A DNA stretch of 61,865 bases, filler included, from Choristocarpus tenellus KU-1152 (Eukaryota; Protista; Phaeophyceae): assembly GCA_964200185.2 (NCBI GenBank). It is 9 parts of 9 records of this genome, joined end to end, with 100 filler letters (N's around TTAATTAATTAA, not from the genome) between each part and the next. Parts side by side here need not be neighbours in the genome. Positions count along the whole stretch, not along the records: positions 1 to 8,570 come from CAXNAD020004577.1; positions 8,671 to 14,448 come from CAXNAD020009777.1; 7 more parts are not named here. The stretch is one strand, 5' to 3'. Shown here piece by piece: positions 1-13,681 of the stretch. The notes below the pieces were generated by a model. That model did not search any database and was not told the origin of the DNA. It saw only the letters and a program-made list of their open reading frames with translations. Both the position numbers and the translations under genes were made by a program. Position 1 is the stretch's first letter. Every line of letters starts with the position of its first letter.

Positions 1-155
1 GGGAGTCTACACCAGAGTGTCCATTTGGTCCCAAACCAGGAAAAGTGCACTTTCATTATCCATCCAACGTATGGAACCAAATCACCCAAAAATTGCGACA
101 TGAAAAAAATTGGCCCCAAATGGACAGCCGCTACCCCTCCTAGATACTTTGAGCC
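1..155. mobile_element. MITE family A (cut by window start)
   Basis: Matches 8111-8290; ends in TIR cctagatactttgagcc. Confidence 0.8.
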
Positions 156-872
156 TTGTCCACAAAAAATAGTCTTGAAGTTGACATAAAGGCCAACTGG
201 AAACACAACAAGGTCATTCATTGTTGGTGCAATGAAAATATGTGGATGAATAGTCGTAGGAATGTCCAATAGGTGTTGTCCTCATTGTCGCAATACGCCT
301 TGTATATTGGTAGATATTAATGGCGCATACAACTGCCATTGGAGTGACGAATCCCCACCTGGTTGTAAAAATAACCTCTTTGGTCCTGCCTCTCTTGTAA
401 TAATAAAAAAAAGTAGTCTAGGTATGGGAGGGAGGTGAGCCCAAGGGGCAAATGGATGCACTGTCGATTTTTGTGTCGTAGGAATTCAGCTTCCCACTGA
501 GTAGAGTTGATCATTTGGAATGAAGAATGATTTCAAGGAATGTTTGCCACTATGAGTTGCTTTGAAAATAGTCTACATCGGCATCTTGGTCATCCACATC
601 TGTAGTGGTGGTCGTGAATGGTGCTCTGGACAAACTTGCCTTCGCAACAAATATATCCACGTTGATAGATCGTGCTCGTCCTAGTTATAATGAGGCACTT
701 GGTGATGAAGTAACTTAGCCAAATCTCTCAAGAGCTCATATGAAGTGCATCATCAGCCATTTGTCCTTCAGACATGACTGAGGTCTCTGATAGGAAGAAA
801 TAGTTCCTGCCCCAGATGATAAGCCCACATAACATTCTGAAACATAACTGCTGCAACTCTCCTCTATCTTAG

Positions 873-1958
873 AGAAATCATGGAGTCGTTTACATCCCTG
901 AGAGGCGGCAACAAAGATGTCGAGGAACAAGTACTCTGGGTTCAGGTGCGCTTTTCTATGGCTAAACTCCTTGTAACTAGACGGATTTCTTTCTTTCTAG
1001 TATTTTCCGAGGTACTTTCATATCGCGGTTTCACCTGAGATTCTTCCAGCTTTGACCAAAAAAGTGTCTCAAAGTAGATTGATTGTGCTAATGATTCTTA
1101 CACAGCAAGGAGCGAGGGACTCTAGGGGATACAACTTTTCCTAGAAAACAATGTCGTGACATAGCAATTCTTTGTGCAAAGGATTATGGTATGTGTCAAG
1201 GACTCATACATGCCCTACCATATCAATCAGACCATGGAGCCACCCCTTACGTGACTATCACAATCAGAAACAGCACTTGAGGATTTTCCCCAAGAATGAG
1301 AGACAATGCAATGGACAGGTAGCAACTTCGGGACAGAGAGTGCCCTTGAGCCCACACGAGTTGCCTGCTCTTATAACTGTACCACAAGAAAAAGCTTGGG
1401 GTCCATGGAACTCAAGCCCCGGGATCTTTGCGTGATATGAAAGATCAAGTAAGGTATACTTCGATTCCTCAACACCCAGACCCTGAGATGTCATGATCAG
1501 TCATGAAGGAAACCGTTGAGAACGTGCCCGTGCTTGTCTTTCCTTTGGATATTGAACAAAAAAATATGTGTATATATGTTTCCCTCCTGGTGATTTCTAC
1601 TTGAGCAGGCGCGCAGAAAAAATGGGGTGGAGGTGCGAATCCGTTGCAACTGCTTGGAGCTAGCGGGTGAAGCGGTACAGGACCTGTGTCGATTCACTAA
1701 GGCGTGTTCTATGGAAGTGATGATGTTTTGCTATCTGTGAGACAGCACGGGTTATGTTTCAGTCAGTTCTTAAGAAGTTAAAAAAGTTAAAAATGTTATA
1801 GAAGTAGGAACTCCTTGCAGTTCAATCAGCTATTCAACCACACTTGCTCATGATCTGCAGTATGTTCAACATGATCTTCTGGGCACGTGTTCAGGGTTCT
1901 AAGGACGGCTTGTGATTGTGGCATGCTTATGTTCATGGGAGCTTCTTACAAATGGGAA

Positions 1959-1999
<41 letters not shown>

Positions 2000-4503
2000 G
2001 AATAATACGACTCTCTTCGGGTGCATGGAAAATTAACGTTTCTGGAAGGAACAGAAAAAAATTCAAAAGAGGTGCTAGAGCAAAATGTAGAGATTAAGTA
2101 ATATTTCAAGAGTTATATATATATTGCACACTATTAGATCGAACTAGTTGTGCAAATTTGCTGTCAGCTTTTTTTCAGGAAACATCGAATTGTTATCACC
2201 CAAACATATTCCATGGTCCCTCCTTCACCAACCATTCTCCCCTTCCCTGACTCCTCCAACAGGTCACTGAAGTCCAGTCTGCGATGCACTTTCCTTTGGA
2301 GCTTCAGGGCCTGCGGAAGGTTCTTGAAGATGTTTCGGACTACAACAATGCTCGACATCGGCTAGTAGCAGACATGGCCGACAGCTCTCACAGGTAAAGC
2401 GGTGTTGTGAAGGATAGTTGAACACATATATATATATGTGTACTCTGGAGCACAATATATGAGTGTGTGTATATAGATATATATATGACTAACTACAGCC
2501 TACATACAAATTTTGGAGTATCACTGTGCTACATTTTGCTCTGAAGTTTATAGTTCAGATACGGATGCTCAGGAGAATAGTTAATTCTGTTCCCGTAGGG
2601 ATCAATTTGTACTAGAAGCAGGTTACGAAAACTAAGTTGTTGTAATGTTCTCTTAGTGCCTTATAGAACCTTTGAAAAGGTCGATTTACACTGCACCCAT
2701 GTGATGCATTGGTTGTCACTTACCACAACCGCGACCAAATATAGAGGAATATATGCTCTCTGATCTTGGTTGCTCTCACTCTGTGCCCCCTCTCTTCTTT
2801 GAAGGGTGAAGGCCCTGGTAATTCGAGCGGAGGATGCACGCTTGCTGGGTGACATGCCCCTAATGCGTAGAATTTACGCTGACCTGTTCACGCTGAACAA
2901 ACAGTTGGTGACTGAGCATACCAAGAGGGCTAACAACCAACAGGTACATTGATAAAGGGGGGGGGAAGTCCAGGGATTGTTGAAAAGCTTTTTTTAAAAT
3001 GCAGTCAAGATTACTGCAGCACCCTCCTCAATTCACCTCGCATGAATATCCTTAGCCTACACGTGGAACAGAGGGTACGAGTTTTTCCCTGTTTGTCCAT
3101 TTGGGGCTTGGCTTCCCATGGGTTCTTTTATGACATTTTCCTACTCCAAAATGGTTCAGAGTAGGTAAAATGTGTACAGTACGAAAAGGTGTGTCCGGAA
3201 CACAGATATTGACAAATCCTAAAAAAAAACAATAGCCAAAATTACACCATATTCTCAACATTGGGTTTTGGTCTCCAAATGGACACGGCTCTACCCTCCA
3301 AGATACTTTGGCTCTCATACTGGGGCATCATCGGTGACTGAGAGTGACGGCATCGTTGACGTGGTCGAGAAAGCTCATGGGTAGAGTCATCCTATTGGTT
3401 TATTTAATTTATCACACTACAAGAAATAAGCCATATCTCTGGCGTATATGACTATTGTATCATTTTTGTTGGATACCACACCCGCACTTGATACGCCAAG
3501 AAGAGTAACTTTACTGTGAGTATTTTTTTCCCAACGCTTAGCATGACCATGTGTGATTTCTCTAAAACAACCTCTGGCAACCTGTCTTACTGGGGCTGTT
3601 GTCTTTGCCTTACTCACGTAACGTTTCAGCTCTCCACGACGTGAACCTTAACCTCCCCAAATATTTGCTGTTCCCACTCTAGGCTCTGCTGGGTGCCTTG
3701 AAGAAAGTAAACCAGACCATTCAAAAGGTGTGTGGGATTACGGCATTCCACTATGCTATCCCCTCCAGCTGTTTGGTTCTTGCTTAAGATTTAACTTGGT
3801 GCATTCAGAAGGTCTTACGGCACCCTCCATCAAAGCGTGCGTTGCTATCACAGTATCTGAACTTTTGAAGAAGCCCTAGTCATGAATTGATCACATATAG
3901 TGTTATGGTGTGTCATCACAATTCACTCCTTCAAGGGTGCTATAGATTTTTAATGCCAAGTTAGAGCACACCGTCTCCACCTCCCAGCTTTGATAAGACG
4001 TCTGTCCATACTTATTGTTCCTCCCAGGCATCAAACTTGAGTGTGGGAAAAGCTAAGGCAAGGATTGTGATGGAATGCCGAGCAGCTGTCAAGGTAATAA
4101 GTTATTTCCAACCAAACGTGTTCTTGTGCTGTTCAGGTTGGACATGGAGCACATTTCCAAGGGGTAGTAGGAAACAAGGGAAGTTATGAGGAAGTCAGGA
4201 ATTACTTGAAGATGGAATAGAATACTTTCAGTTGACGACATTGAAGTGCGTATTTAATTACCTGGAAAACGTCAACCTGTCGTATTTCCACGAGGATGAG
4301 GGGAAAAAAGCACAACATATAGAATACATGCATGTTTGGTCATCCTTCGGTATCCAACTTCCAGACCACATGCTTTACCTGACTGTCCTGTCCCCAACAA
4401 TCCTTTTCAGGCACAAAATGTCGATGCGCTGATGCTGGCCGTGACAGAAGGTTCTACCTCCCGTGTCTGTACGACTAGCGGGGCAGACACCGATAGGAAC
4501 TAG
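873..4503 (+). CDS. BBS2: Bardet-Biedl syndrome 2 protein (BBSome subunit), 3' part, 7 exons
   Basis: Phase-consistent exons ~873-945, 1609-1701, 2263-2393, 2805-2943, 3683-3727, 4028-4093, 4411-4503 (TAG). They translate to ...FTSLRGG...LAGEAVQDLCRFTK/VTEVQSAMHFPLELQGLRKVLEDVSDYNNARHRLVADMADSSHR/VKALVIRAEDARLLGDMPLMRRIYADLFTLNKQLVTEHTKRANNQQ/ALLGALKKVNQTIQK/ASNLSVGKAKARIVMECRAAVK, matching the BBS2 C-terminus (ADMAD, AEDARL, R.NN motifs). Earlier exons not found, probably upstream of the window. Confidence 0.92.
3055..3314. mobile_element. MITE family B (~255 bp) in BBS2 intron
   Basis: Colinear with 46304-46561; right TIR ccaagatactttggctc, left TIR degenerate. Confidence 0.75.
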
Positions 4504-6170
4504 ACGGCAAGCCCAATGTTAATAATTGGAGTTGATGCATTGCCACTAGCATTGAAGGGTGCGTCACTGCATTCGTAGACAGACACTAAGGAATCGTGTT
4601 TTAGCCTTGAATACACAAGTATACAAGAACAAAACTGTTTTTCCTAATAGTTCTGAAGAGATTGTAGTGCATAGAGGAGCATTTGCTGCCGATTGCTTGC
4701 TGTTATATCAAGGGGGTTGAGGTCAGCCTATCAGGTACTGCTACACAAGCCCGCCCTCCAGTATTTTGGAGGGCGAGCCACATTTTACAGTTGTGAATTG
4801 CAACAATTCCACTGAAAGGATTAATTTAGATCTCTAAGTGAAACTGTCTAACTGGGGGGGGTGATTTTACCCTTTTAAGGTAGAACAAGGATTTTTTTCA
4901 AAGCTCCTGCAATACGTACAATACCCATGTCTACAAATGCAATTAACACCCTTCAAGAAGGTGCGACTTCCGTTGAAGCTAATAACTGTCCGGGATATGT
5001 TGTTTGTGTTTGAAAGCACCCCTTTGCAGTTCACAAAAACTCATGCAACACAATACAGTTCTCGGAGTCATGAAAAATCAACGCCATCCCCTTCATTGAT
5101 GGCATCACTCTCTAATCAAAGAGCCTTCAAGATAATGATCAAACACCGTTTGCTTAGTCCTTTTTTTTCTTGTGATATATGTGATGGCCACTTCTCTTTA
5201 GACTTCCTCACGGCTTTGGCACTTCCTCACCATTACCTTGCCTCACATGCTGCACGAATGCTTCAATTCAATCAAGCCCGTAAAAAAACATTGAGCTATA
5301 TACTAGATACTCACTCAGTAGTTCTTTCTGATTCGCAATATTGCAAAATGTCAAAAGTATTGCAGTGCATCACCTTGATCATGTATTCTACACAGAATGA
5401 CCAGTAAACTTTCCTTGCTTCATGTACAACATAAAGATGCCTTGCACCACTTGTGGTGCGAAACCGGCACTTGATGAGGGATGGACATTCTGTGTGTGGC
5501 AAACACAGCGTTTTATGAATGGACCCAAAGCCAGTGCGGGGGTTACCTCTCGTGTCTAGAGCACTGAAAATGATCTATAGTAAAGGGCTATGCCGTTTGA
5601 AAAACTGGTAGTAGAAATAATGGGTAACCGTTGTGGTTCTGCTCATACTACTTTCTGAATCGTTTGTCACCAACTGTCTCATCGTGTGTCAAACGATCTT
5701 GGACATGAGAAATTGACTCTGCAAGGATGCCTTTACACTGTCTCTCGAAGTAGAGGGATGCAGGTGTTAGAAAAAAACAGAGGGCGCATTCCTCCCGAAG
5801 AATTGCTGAAAATTTCTTGATATTTTCGTCTAACAAAAAAAAATCAAATCATGGTCCCCCTCCTTTCAAGCACAAGAATGTGGACCAGAATTGGAAGCAA
5901 GGGGGGCGTTCACGCCTTCCTACAAGTAAATTCGCTAACAACAGCTACTTCCACAAAAAAACTTCAGTGGTTTGTGAGACAGATTAGCACGACCACAATC
6001 ATAGAAGTCTATGCAGTGGTCATCATTTTGTGTTGTACACAACCCATCAATTCTGCAGATGCTTAAAAAAAGATCCAGTTGTATCCACGGCAAGATGAAT
6101 GGTGTGTTGGGTTTCCACTTCTACCAGTGGGACCGCGAATGGCAGGAGCAAGAGATGAAGAATCAATTGC

Positions 6171-8434
6171 CTACTTCCCTCCTTTTCCCTTCTTGCCCTT
6201 TCCCTTTGTCTTCTTCTTCGGTTCTTCTGCTGCCCCATTCTCAGCCTCAGCGGCGATCAACCTTTCCTCAACCTTCATGGCAACACGTTGAGACACAGAC
6301 ATGTACTCAGAAAGAGTGTGCACTGAATGTCTCGGTGCTCACACACGGAGTTTCGACTCAATAGACTATATTTTCATGCTTATAGTGGGCTTAGAAGTGT
6401 ACACTTTGGTCTTGACACGGAAAAAAACATGTGATTAGTGTATGAAAAAGAGGTCATATTCGGAATCAGACGGAGACATAATTCTTTGAATAGGAATATG
6501 CCATACAAAGGGGAAATCACGGTGATTAACATTTCATCCGTATTTTACCAAATGATTCAATTTTGTCTCCAGCATATAGGCATGCATCACTTTCTCCTGT
6601 TTTCTAAAATCACATGATATGTATGCCATGTTTAGCATTTCGAGAATGAATGAATATTCTGAAGTAAACTAGGCCCTCACATCTTCATAACATCTATCCA
6701 CTTTCCTAGCAGGAGACATGACACAAACCGGTATTCTGGACTGTACTTGGTAGACACCAAGTATTCTGGTCAAAGCGTTACCTCAGCCTTTATCCTGAGC
6801 ACTTCCTCTTCGCGCCTTTGAAGAAATAGTTCTCTTGATACCTTCACCAGCTCTTCCCGTTTGTGAATATAGTTGACCTGGGTCGGTGGTTTACAGTACA
6901 GCCAGTTCAGTAGATGGGATTCTTGTTCGAAAAGGTTGTGCGGTGAAGCTGGCTATGAGCTCCTACATGATATCAAAATATAATCTTGAAACCAACCATC
7001 AAAGTTTAAATGCTCAACCTGAAGATTTGTTGACTTTTCTAGAGTACAGTACACCTTAGACCGTCTATTACAGCAAGTATGTCATCTGGGCATGGGGTAT
7101 TATAACCAGGTCTCTACACCAAGTTCCCCTCTCTAAACGATACCAAGGTAAGGGTGTTCAGAGTTAGAGGGTATGCAAGTGACAACTGCTGTGAATTTCT
7201 GGTCACACAGGTAAAACGGCTAGTATTGCTTCCCATCCTTTTCCATAGCTGCAACTACTCATTTCTAATCTCATGCATGCAATTCAGCAAAAAGGTATTA
7301 TGTGGTCAATACTTCCACATGACAAGAATAAGGGAGAGTATGAATATTGCAACAATTGCAGTATTTTTTTACTCAAAGCAGTTGAAACATTGGGATAGTG
7401 CATCTTCTATGTCATGAATATGTGATCTGTGCCTTGTGCCATATTTTCTCAGATTAATCAAGTGAGTTCTACAGTATGACCATGTTCACCTGAGCTTCAA
7501 TTTCTGACTTGCTACAATCCACCTCCATCTGTCGTTTCTTTTCCCAGTTTTCCATGATGGCTTTCGCTGCGGCCTGGAGTTCCTCTTGCTTGACTCCTCT
7601 CTCTTGTGAATCGAAAGGACCACATACAGTGGAACGATCACTTGGTTCCCTCACGAGGGGAGCAATCTCAGGCAGTGTGTCCCTCCTTCTTGCCCAGTAT
7701 TGCAAGGGCAAACAATAGGTTCAGTAACAATATGGCAGGGTCTTGCTGTATGATGCTGAGAGAAAATTCGAAGGTAAATTTTGGACATTGGATCTACCGT
7801 TTCAGTGATTCTTAGCTTGAAATCCCAGGAGAGTACTCTTGAGGAGCAAGAGAGACGCGGGATTTGTGACTGTGGGAAGACAATACTTGACAGTGTATAA
7901 AAAGTATACAAGGAAACTTCTACGTAATATCTCGAAACTAAACCCAACCCCCCCCCCTGAAATGTACCAATACATTTGTATTTCGTACATGCATCACGTT
8001 TTGTAGCAATTTTGCAATTCTTGCTGGCAATTATTGGACCTTTCATGCCCCAACTGTCTCTTGCGGCTCGATATCGAATTGTGTGAATGGAAAACGTAGA
8101 GGGTTTGAATGACCCAAAGTATCTGAGGGGGTGGGGGCGTCTACACGAGGGTGTCCATTTGGATCAAAATCGGGAAAAGTGCATTTGCATTATCCATCTG
8201 ACATATGGCAGCCAAATCACACAAAAATCGCGATATGAAAAAATTGACCCGAAATGGACAGCCACCACCCCCTCCCAGATACTTTGAGCCAATATTTTCA
8301 AGTCTTGCGAAGCATAAAGAATCTTAGGTGCTACCGACACAATGACTTACTCCACAAGGTAATACGGACAATAAATATGGTCAGCTAGAGCTCGCTTCAG
8401 GTGAGATCTTGTCCGCTCTTGCTGCACTGAGCAC
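6171..8434 (-). CDS. Hypothetical protein, 3' exons; coiled-coil-like region with Lys/Gly-rich C-terminal tail
   Basis: Exons ~8434-8351, 7837-7798, ~7665-7490 (acceptor uncertain), 6877-6782, 6272-6171 (TAG), with GT-AG borders. Ends VNYIHKREELVKVSRELFLQRREEEVLRIKAE/VEERLIAAEAENGAAEEPKKKTKGKGKKGKGGK*. 5' part cut by the contig end. Confidence 0.65.
8111..8290. mobile_element. MITE family A, full length
   Basis: TIRs gacccaaagtatctgagggg / ccctcccagatactttgagcc; subterminal inverted gtccatttgg motifs. Confidence 0.85.
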
Positions 8435-8491
8435 TGGACCACATAGATTTTAGAATGGTATGTCGAATTGACTGCATCCTGAGTTGGTTCT

Positions 8492-8570
8492 GAGCCAAAG
8501 TATCTTAGAGGGTAGAGCTGCATCCATTTGGGGGTCAAAATATAATTTTGCGATTTTGACGTAATTTTGG
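8492..8570. mobile_element. MITE family B end, cut at contig end
   Basis: gagccaaagtatcttagagggtagagctgcatccatttgg, matching the start of the 52677 copy. Confidence 0.7.
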
Positions 8571-8670
8571 NNNNNNNNNNNNNNNNNNNNNNNNNNNNNN
8601 NNNNNNNNNNNNNNTTAATTAATTAANNNNNNNNNNNNNNNNNNNNNNNNNNNNNNNNNNNNNNNNNNNN
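8571..8670. other. Artificial contig linker N44-TTAATTAATTAA-N44
   Basis: Identical 100-bp linkers also at 14449, 19775, 26742, 30308, 39226, 41966 and 55227. The 12-mer has stops in all six frames. Confidence 0.97.
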
Positions 8671-8904
8671 GTTGCAGTAGTATTGGATACAATAATATGC
8701 TTCTTTTATTTTGTGTGTGGAGGGGGGGGGGGGGGCACCGTGCTGCACTGGTGACATTCAGTGACGAGAATAAACAAGGGGATAGGTACCTACTGATTTC
8801 AGTCCCACAGAGGACATGACTTCTCAATGCCCTATTGATGTCCTCGCTCTTTGTACCACACCTGACCTATCCTGGAGCAAAACTCTGGTCTAGAAAGAAG
8901 TGTG

Positions 8905-9085
8905 GCTCCAAAGTATCTGGGGGGGGTGGCAGCTGTTCACTTGGTGCCCATTTTTCCATGTTGCGATTTTTGGGTGATCAATTGCATGTGTCAGATGGAT
9001 AATGTAAGCTCACTCCTCCTGGTCAGGGCCCAATTGGACACCCTGGTGTAGACCCCCCCCACCCCCCCCCCAGATACTTTGAGCC
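8905..9085. mobile_element. MITE family A, full length, TGTG TSD
   Basis: tgtg|gctccaaagtatctggggg...cccccagatactttgagcc|tgtg; opposite orientation to the 8111 copy. Confidence 0.85.
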
Positions 9086-12000
9086 TGTGCGGCTCTTGGA
9101 CAGGCTGTTGACAGCAGTCCGCACAGCGCAGGTAATTTGTCTGGTATTGACAGAAGGTTGCATTCGCACAGGAGGACCTTTTCTATGACTACTACTCTTT
9201 TTGTGTGGTGAAGGGTGAGATCTCGACTCTCTTGTCTCCGAGGTTTTCGTATTTTTTGTAAAATCGATTTCGCTGTACCGCGTATAGAACTTGGAACATT
9301 TTTGGAAACGGTATATCGCATCACAATGTGTCTGGTAATTGGTATCCAACAAGAGTTTGTCCAACTACTATAGCTGTCTGTTACTCTACTACTGTTGTAG
9401 GGATATGGTTATTGTTTTCCTACCTTGGGTGTATTCATTTTCTTGTACTCAAAGCAAGAAGATCAACCCACTCGCAATTTGACAACATCAGCAGGGGAGG
9501 TAGAATCGTTATCAAAGTTAAGAAAGATAACAATCACCATGGTCAATGGTGAAAACAGCATGGATTGTGGGAGTGAGTGTCTGTTGATACCCCATAACTA
9601 ACATACTCTTAAATAATAGTACTGATCATTTATAGTTACAGTTCAAGCATTGGGAGCCTTCATAAATGTAGCACAGGACGTATATATGGAGTGTTTTCGT
9701 AGATCGTCTGTGTATAGGACACAATGCGGTGGCATCAAAACCTTTCGTCTCCATCCCAACCTGTTCTTCTTGGTCCCCACCTCTGGTTGTGTGTGTGGTC
9801 TTTTGCGGGTCCTTTACGCTCTATCATGCTCATGTATCGTTGCGGATTTTCCTGTGTGATGGGTATCAATTGGAAGCCGTGCTATGAATCCCTGAGGGAT
9901 ACCCATCTGCTCAGAGTGTGGCACCGAGTGACCTAGGAAAGGAAAGTGCTCCCCAACCCTGGTTGCAGGTAAAATTCTGTAAAATAGAAGAGAAATCATG
10001 CAGGTTGCCATAGTGTGAAGTGAGGCGTGGCAACAACTGTACCGCCTTGGTCAGGGGGTGGGGTTTACGTCACCAATAAGAGAATAATGGTGAAATCCTC
10101 GGTTCCACCTTCAGTAGACCTAATTGTTCACGATAACTTAACTGTGCTGTAATATCCACCCGTTGGTCAGTGCACTATAAAATTTGAGGATTTGCTCGAC
10201 TTAATGATTATTATATATGAATAATATATACATGGAGTATATTAATATTATTAGTGTTTCATACAGTCTGTAGGGGCCAGAGTTATTTACCACTTATTAT
10301 TTATTTTATTTTATTGTTATCACCATGAAACGACCTGTCTGTACATTCTATAACTAAATGGGGTATACCGTCAAGCTCATCAAAGACCCTATATCATCAA
10401 CACATAGATACAGTCAGTGATGGCTACCAAACCTACCTCTATATTCAATAACCGGACATGTTTAATTGATTAAATCTTCTAACTACATTTTCAACTGCTA
10501 AACCAAGTATTCGACCTGTAAACGGTCGAACCCAAACAGTCACTTCGGAAGCAATTACCATACGCATAATAATAAGGTACGTCCATTAGTCAACATAGAA
10601 CTCACCACTGAGTAGTATCTGATTCAAAACCACAAACAGAAGCTGACCCTTCAACATCAATATTTCTCACCCCTTCTCACCCCCTCACTCCGTATCTATT
10701 ACGTCCATCACTAAGGAAATTAAACCCACCTATTTGATATGATCTAGTTCAGGTATGAATAATACCCAACGATTGAAGCAATAACTCGAAACAGATGGGT
10801 TTTTTGTACTACAGACTCTGTTCTTTTGCATCAATTTTCATAATCTGATTTTTTGTGACCCAATAATAATGGCGATCATCTGGTGAAATACCCGTATTTG
10901 AATATTGCATGTAGGCTACCCATTAATATAAAGATACTCTAGCGTAGTATGTAGTTATAATTTCGGTTGTTCTATATGAAAGGAACCCAAAGTTGTTGAG
11001 AAAAACACGAAGTACTGATATTATATAAGAAATGTTAAAGGAAATACCCATAGAAGAAAGAGAACTGGAAATATTAAGGAAAGAATGTAGCGATTCGAGA
11101 AGAAAGAAAGACCTCATCAGTGTATATGGATCTTTAAAAAGTAATATTTTCAAATACTAATGAAAACACACCTTACGGAGCCTGCAGGGAGGTACGGAGA
11201 AACCCCACAACAAATGGTATTTGAAACGCCTCGCAAGGTGTGGAAAATCCCTGTTTCTTATTTGTTTTTGGTGTGTCATTGGTTGTGTTTCGGTCTGTTG
11301 ATGCCATGTGGGCCCCTGCATAAAACGCACGAGGAATAATCCTGTCGCTTGTGTGTCTGGAAGCGTATGCGCATAGGGTTATGTGTAACGTCCAAGTCGA
11401 CAAAGAAGAACAACCAAGAGAAAACCAGGTGAGCTGCATCAGCACCCAAACAATAATTGAGATAGGACATCATTCAGGTTAACATATATCATCAGATCAT
11501 ATGGGAAGAAAGGGGGGGGGAGAAAACGAATTATCAAACCGGGTTCGTCCTATCCAAAACACCACCACCCAGTCACGTATCACTAAAAGAAAAGAGAGAG
11601 TCCCCCTTAGACGCGAGAAAAAGCAACCTCTCAAAAAGAGATGATCAGAAAAACTGCGTTCAGCAGCTAAGATGTTGAATGTGTGTGGGGAAGTACGTAT
11701 CACATACGAAAGTTGTCCTAAAAGAAGTCCCACGTATCATAGTTCCAAACGCGTCCCAAGGTGTGGAAACCCCCTGCTTTGTGGTTCTTTTCGATCTGTT
11801 GAAGCCTTTTTTTGTTCGTTCCGGCCAACTGAAGGCAATGGTACGTAGGAAAAGGCTGGTTCTCACGCATCTGGAGGTAGTATATACGAACGGATACGAT
11901 ACAGTAGGTATGAACGGCGACGATGCGTATTGAACATTTTAGTCCTGCAAGCAAGATCATTATAGTTTTTATTTCACCTCAGTCTAAGGGTCCCAGACCC

Positions 12001-13681
12001 GTGGTCGAATGGTTATCAATTGAAAGCAATATACACTACTTAAGAAAATGCTAATTGTATAATAGAAGTAGATGAAAGCAGCGAAAAGGAGAAGAAAATG
12101 AGAAAAAGATTCAAGGTAAGGAATTCAGTTCATGTGCAAGCAAAGAAAGGGTGGCCAACAGAAACTCAAGCAACTATAACACACTCATTCATAGCAACAC
12201 CCAATATACGTTGGATAGGACGTCAGCAGTCAATTAATAATATATAATGTCATCACACGCCGCATCAGGTCCTATTGGAAAAGTAAGGGGGAAAAGAATA
12301 TTCAGTATCACGCCGGGTCCATCCAGTCTGAAACAACACAAAACCTTTTTTTCAAACAAAGTAGAGAGGGCTGCAAGAAAGAATAAATCGACACTATAAA
12401 CGAGAGACGGCGAAGAAAGAAATGAAAAAAAAAAAGCAGCAGTATTCAGCAGACATTGGTGTGTGTGCATGCCCTGGTCTGCTTGAGTTACCTTATTTGC
12501 TGCTTTTTTTTTCATATTTTGTGCGCGGTGTGTCAGCCATCACAACTTCCCCCAAATATTGGAATGCTATCCATGAAGAGGCTCTTTCTGCCGTCAACTT
12601 CCAACCAAATACCTCTCTCCTACTAAGTTTGTTTCCTGCCCTCTTGTATGTACTCCATCCCTCAACCTTGGCTACAGTGGTAGTGGTGATTGTGCATATG
12701 CCCTAATCTATTCAATACTACTTTCACCTACCTACCCTCTACAACAGATTGTTGTGGGTGTAATTTAATAATGATATTAATGATTATTTATGAAAAAGCA
12801 AGTGAAGACTGGCAAACAGGTTCTTACAGGGCGAAGGGAGCAGGAAGAAGACCGCTGGGACAGGACGAGGATGTATGTATGTGGAAAGGACGGACAAGAA
12901 AAGGCGGTCAAGCCCAAGAAACTCACTCACAAGAGAAGCAACGAAAGATGGCATCGATTTAAGCGTAATAACTCTGGTCAACTATAATAATGGTGGTGAT
13001 GTCATCGCAGGATGGGAAGGTGATGCCATCCCAATGAAATGATGATGTCTTGAGAAGAAGGAGGAATTACCTTACATCTCGTTAGTTGCAGGTGATCCCA
13101 CACTACTACAACAGTAACTGGTGGTTGAAAGAAGGCAATATATATATATATATTTATATATTAGTAGTGGTGGTGGAGAAAAGGCAACTAGGACCATAGA
13201 GAAAAAATCAAGAGGGGAAGAAAAGAAAAAGAAGTGTGAAATGTTGGATAAGAATACTATCTAAGGGATATATATATATTGGGAAGAGAAGAAAATAAAT
13301 CGACAAATATGTATAGAAACTAATCACAAAAAATAATCATGAGACATATATTTGTGATCGTTGTGGTTGGTGATGGGTTGGCGGTGTTCCATTTTATTAT
13401 AACATCAAACATCCCTTCCCTTCAATCAACCCCTAATCTAACCATCAAAAATTCCTTGGAATGATGTTAGTCCAATTAAGGAATGTTGTGATAAAGTATA
13501 TATATATGTATATATTTTCCTGATCGTGCTTCGAGAAAGCGCGCGACTACGTTTTCAACCGTTTTTTTGTAATTGATGTTTTTCCGTTCAATTTGATTTA
13601 AGTGTTGTATTCCCCTCCGTTTCAGGAGAACCTCTCTATACTTTCTGGTGGTACTGAAGAGGGGGTGATTCCGAGTGTAGC

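Noticed and set aside
4937-5407. 156-aa ORF
   Set aside because: No recognisable motif or splice support; it lies between two convergent gene ends.
11988-12025. tRNA-like 5' motif (also 47117-47190)
   Set aside because: Only partial box similarity; no cloverleaf.
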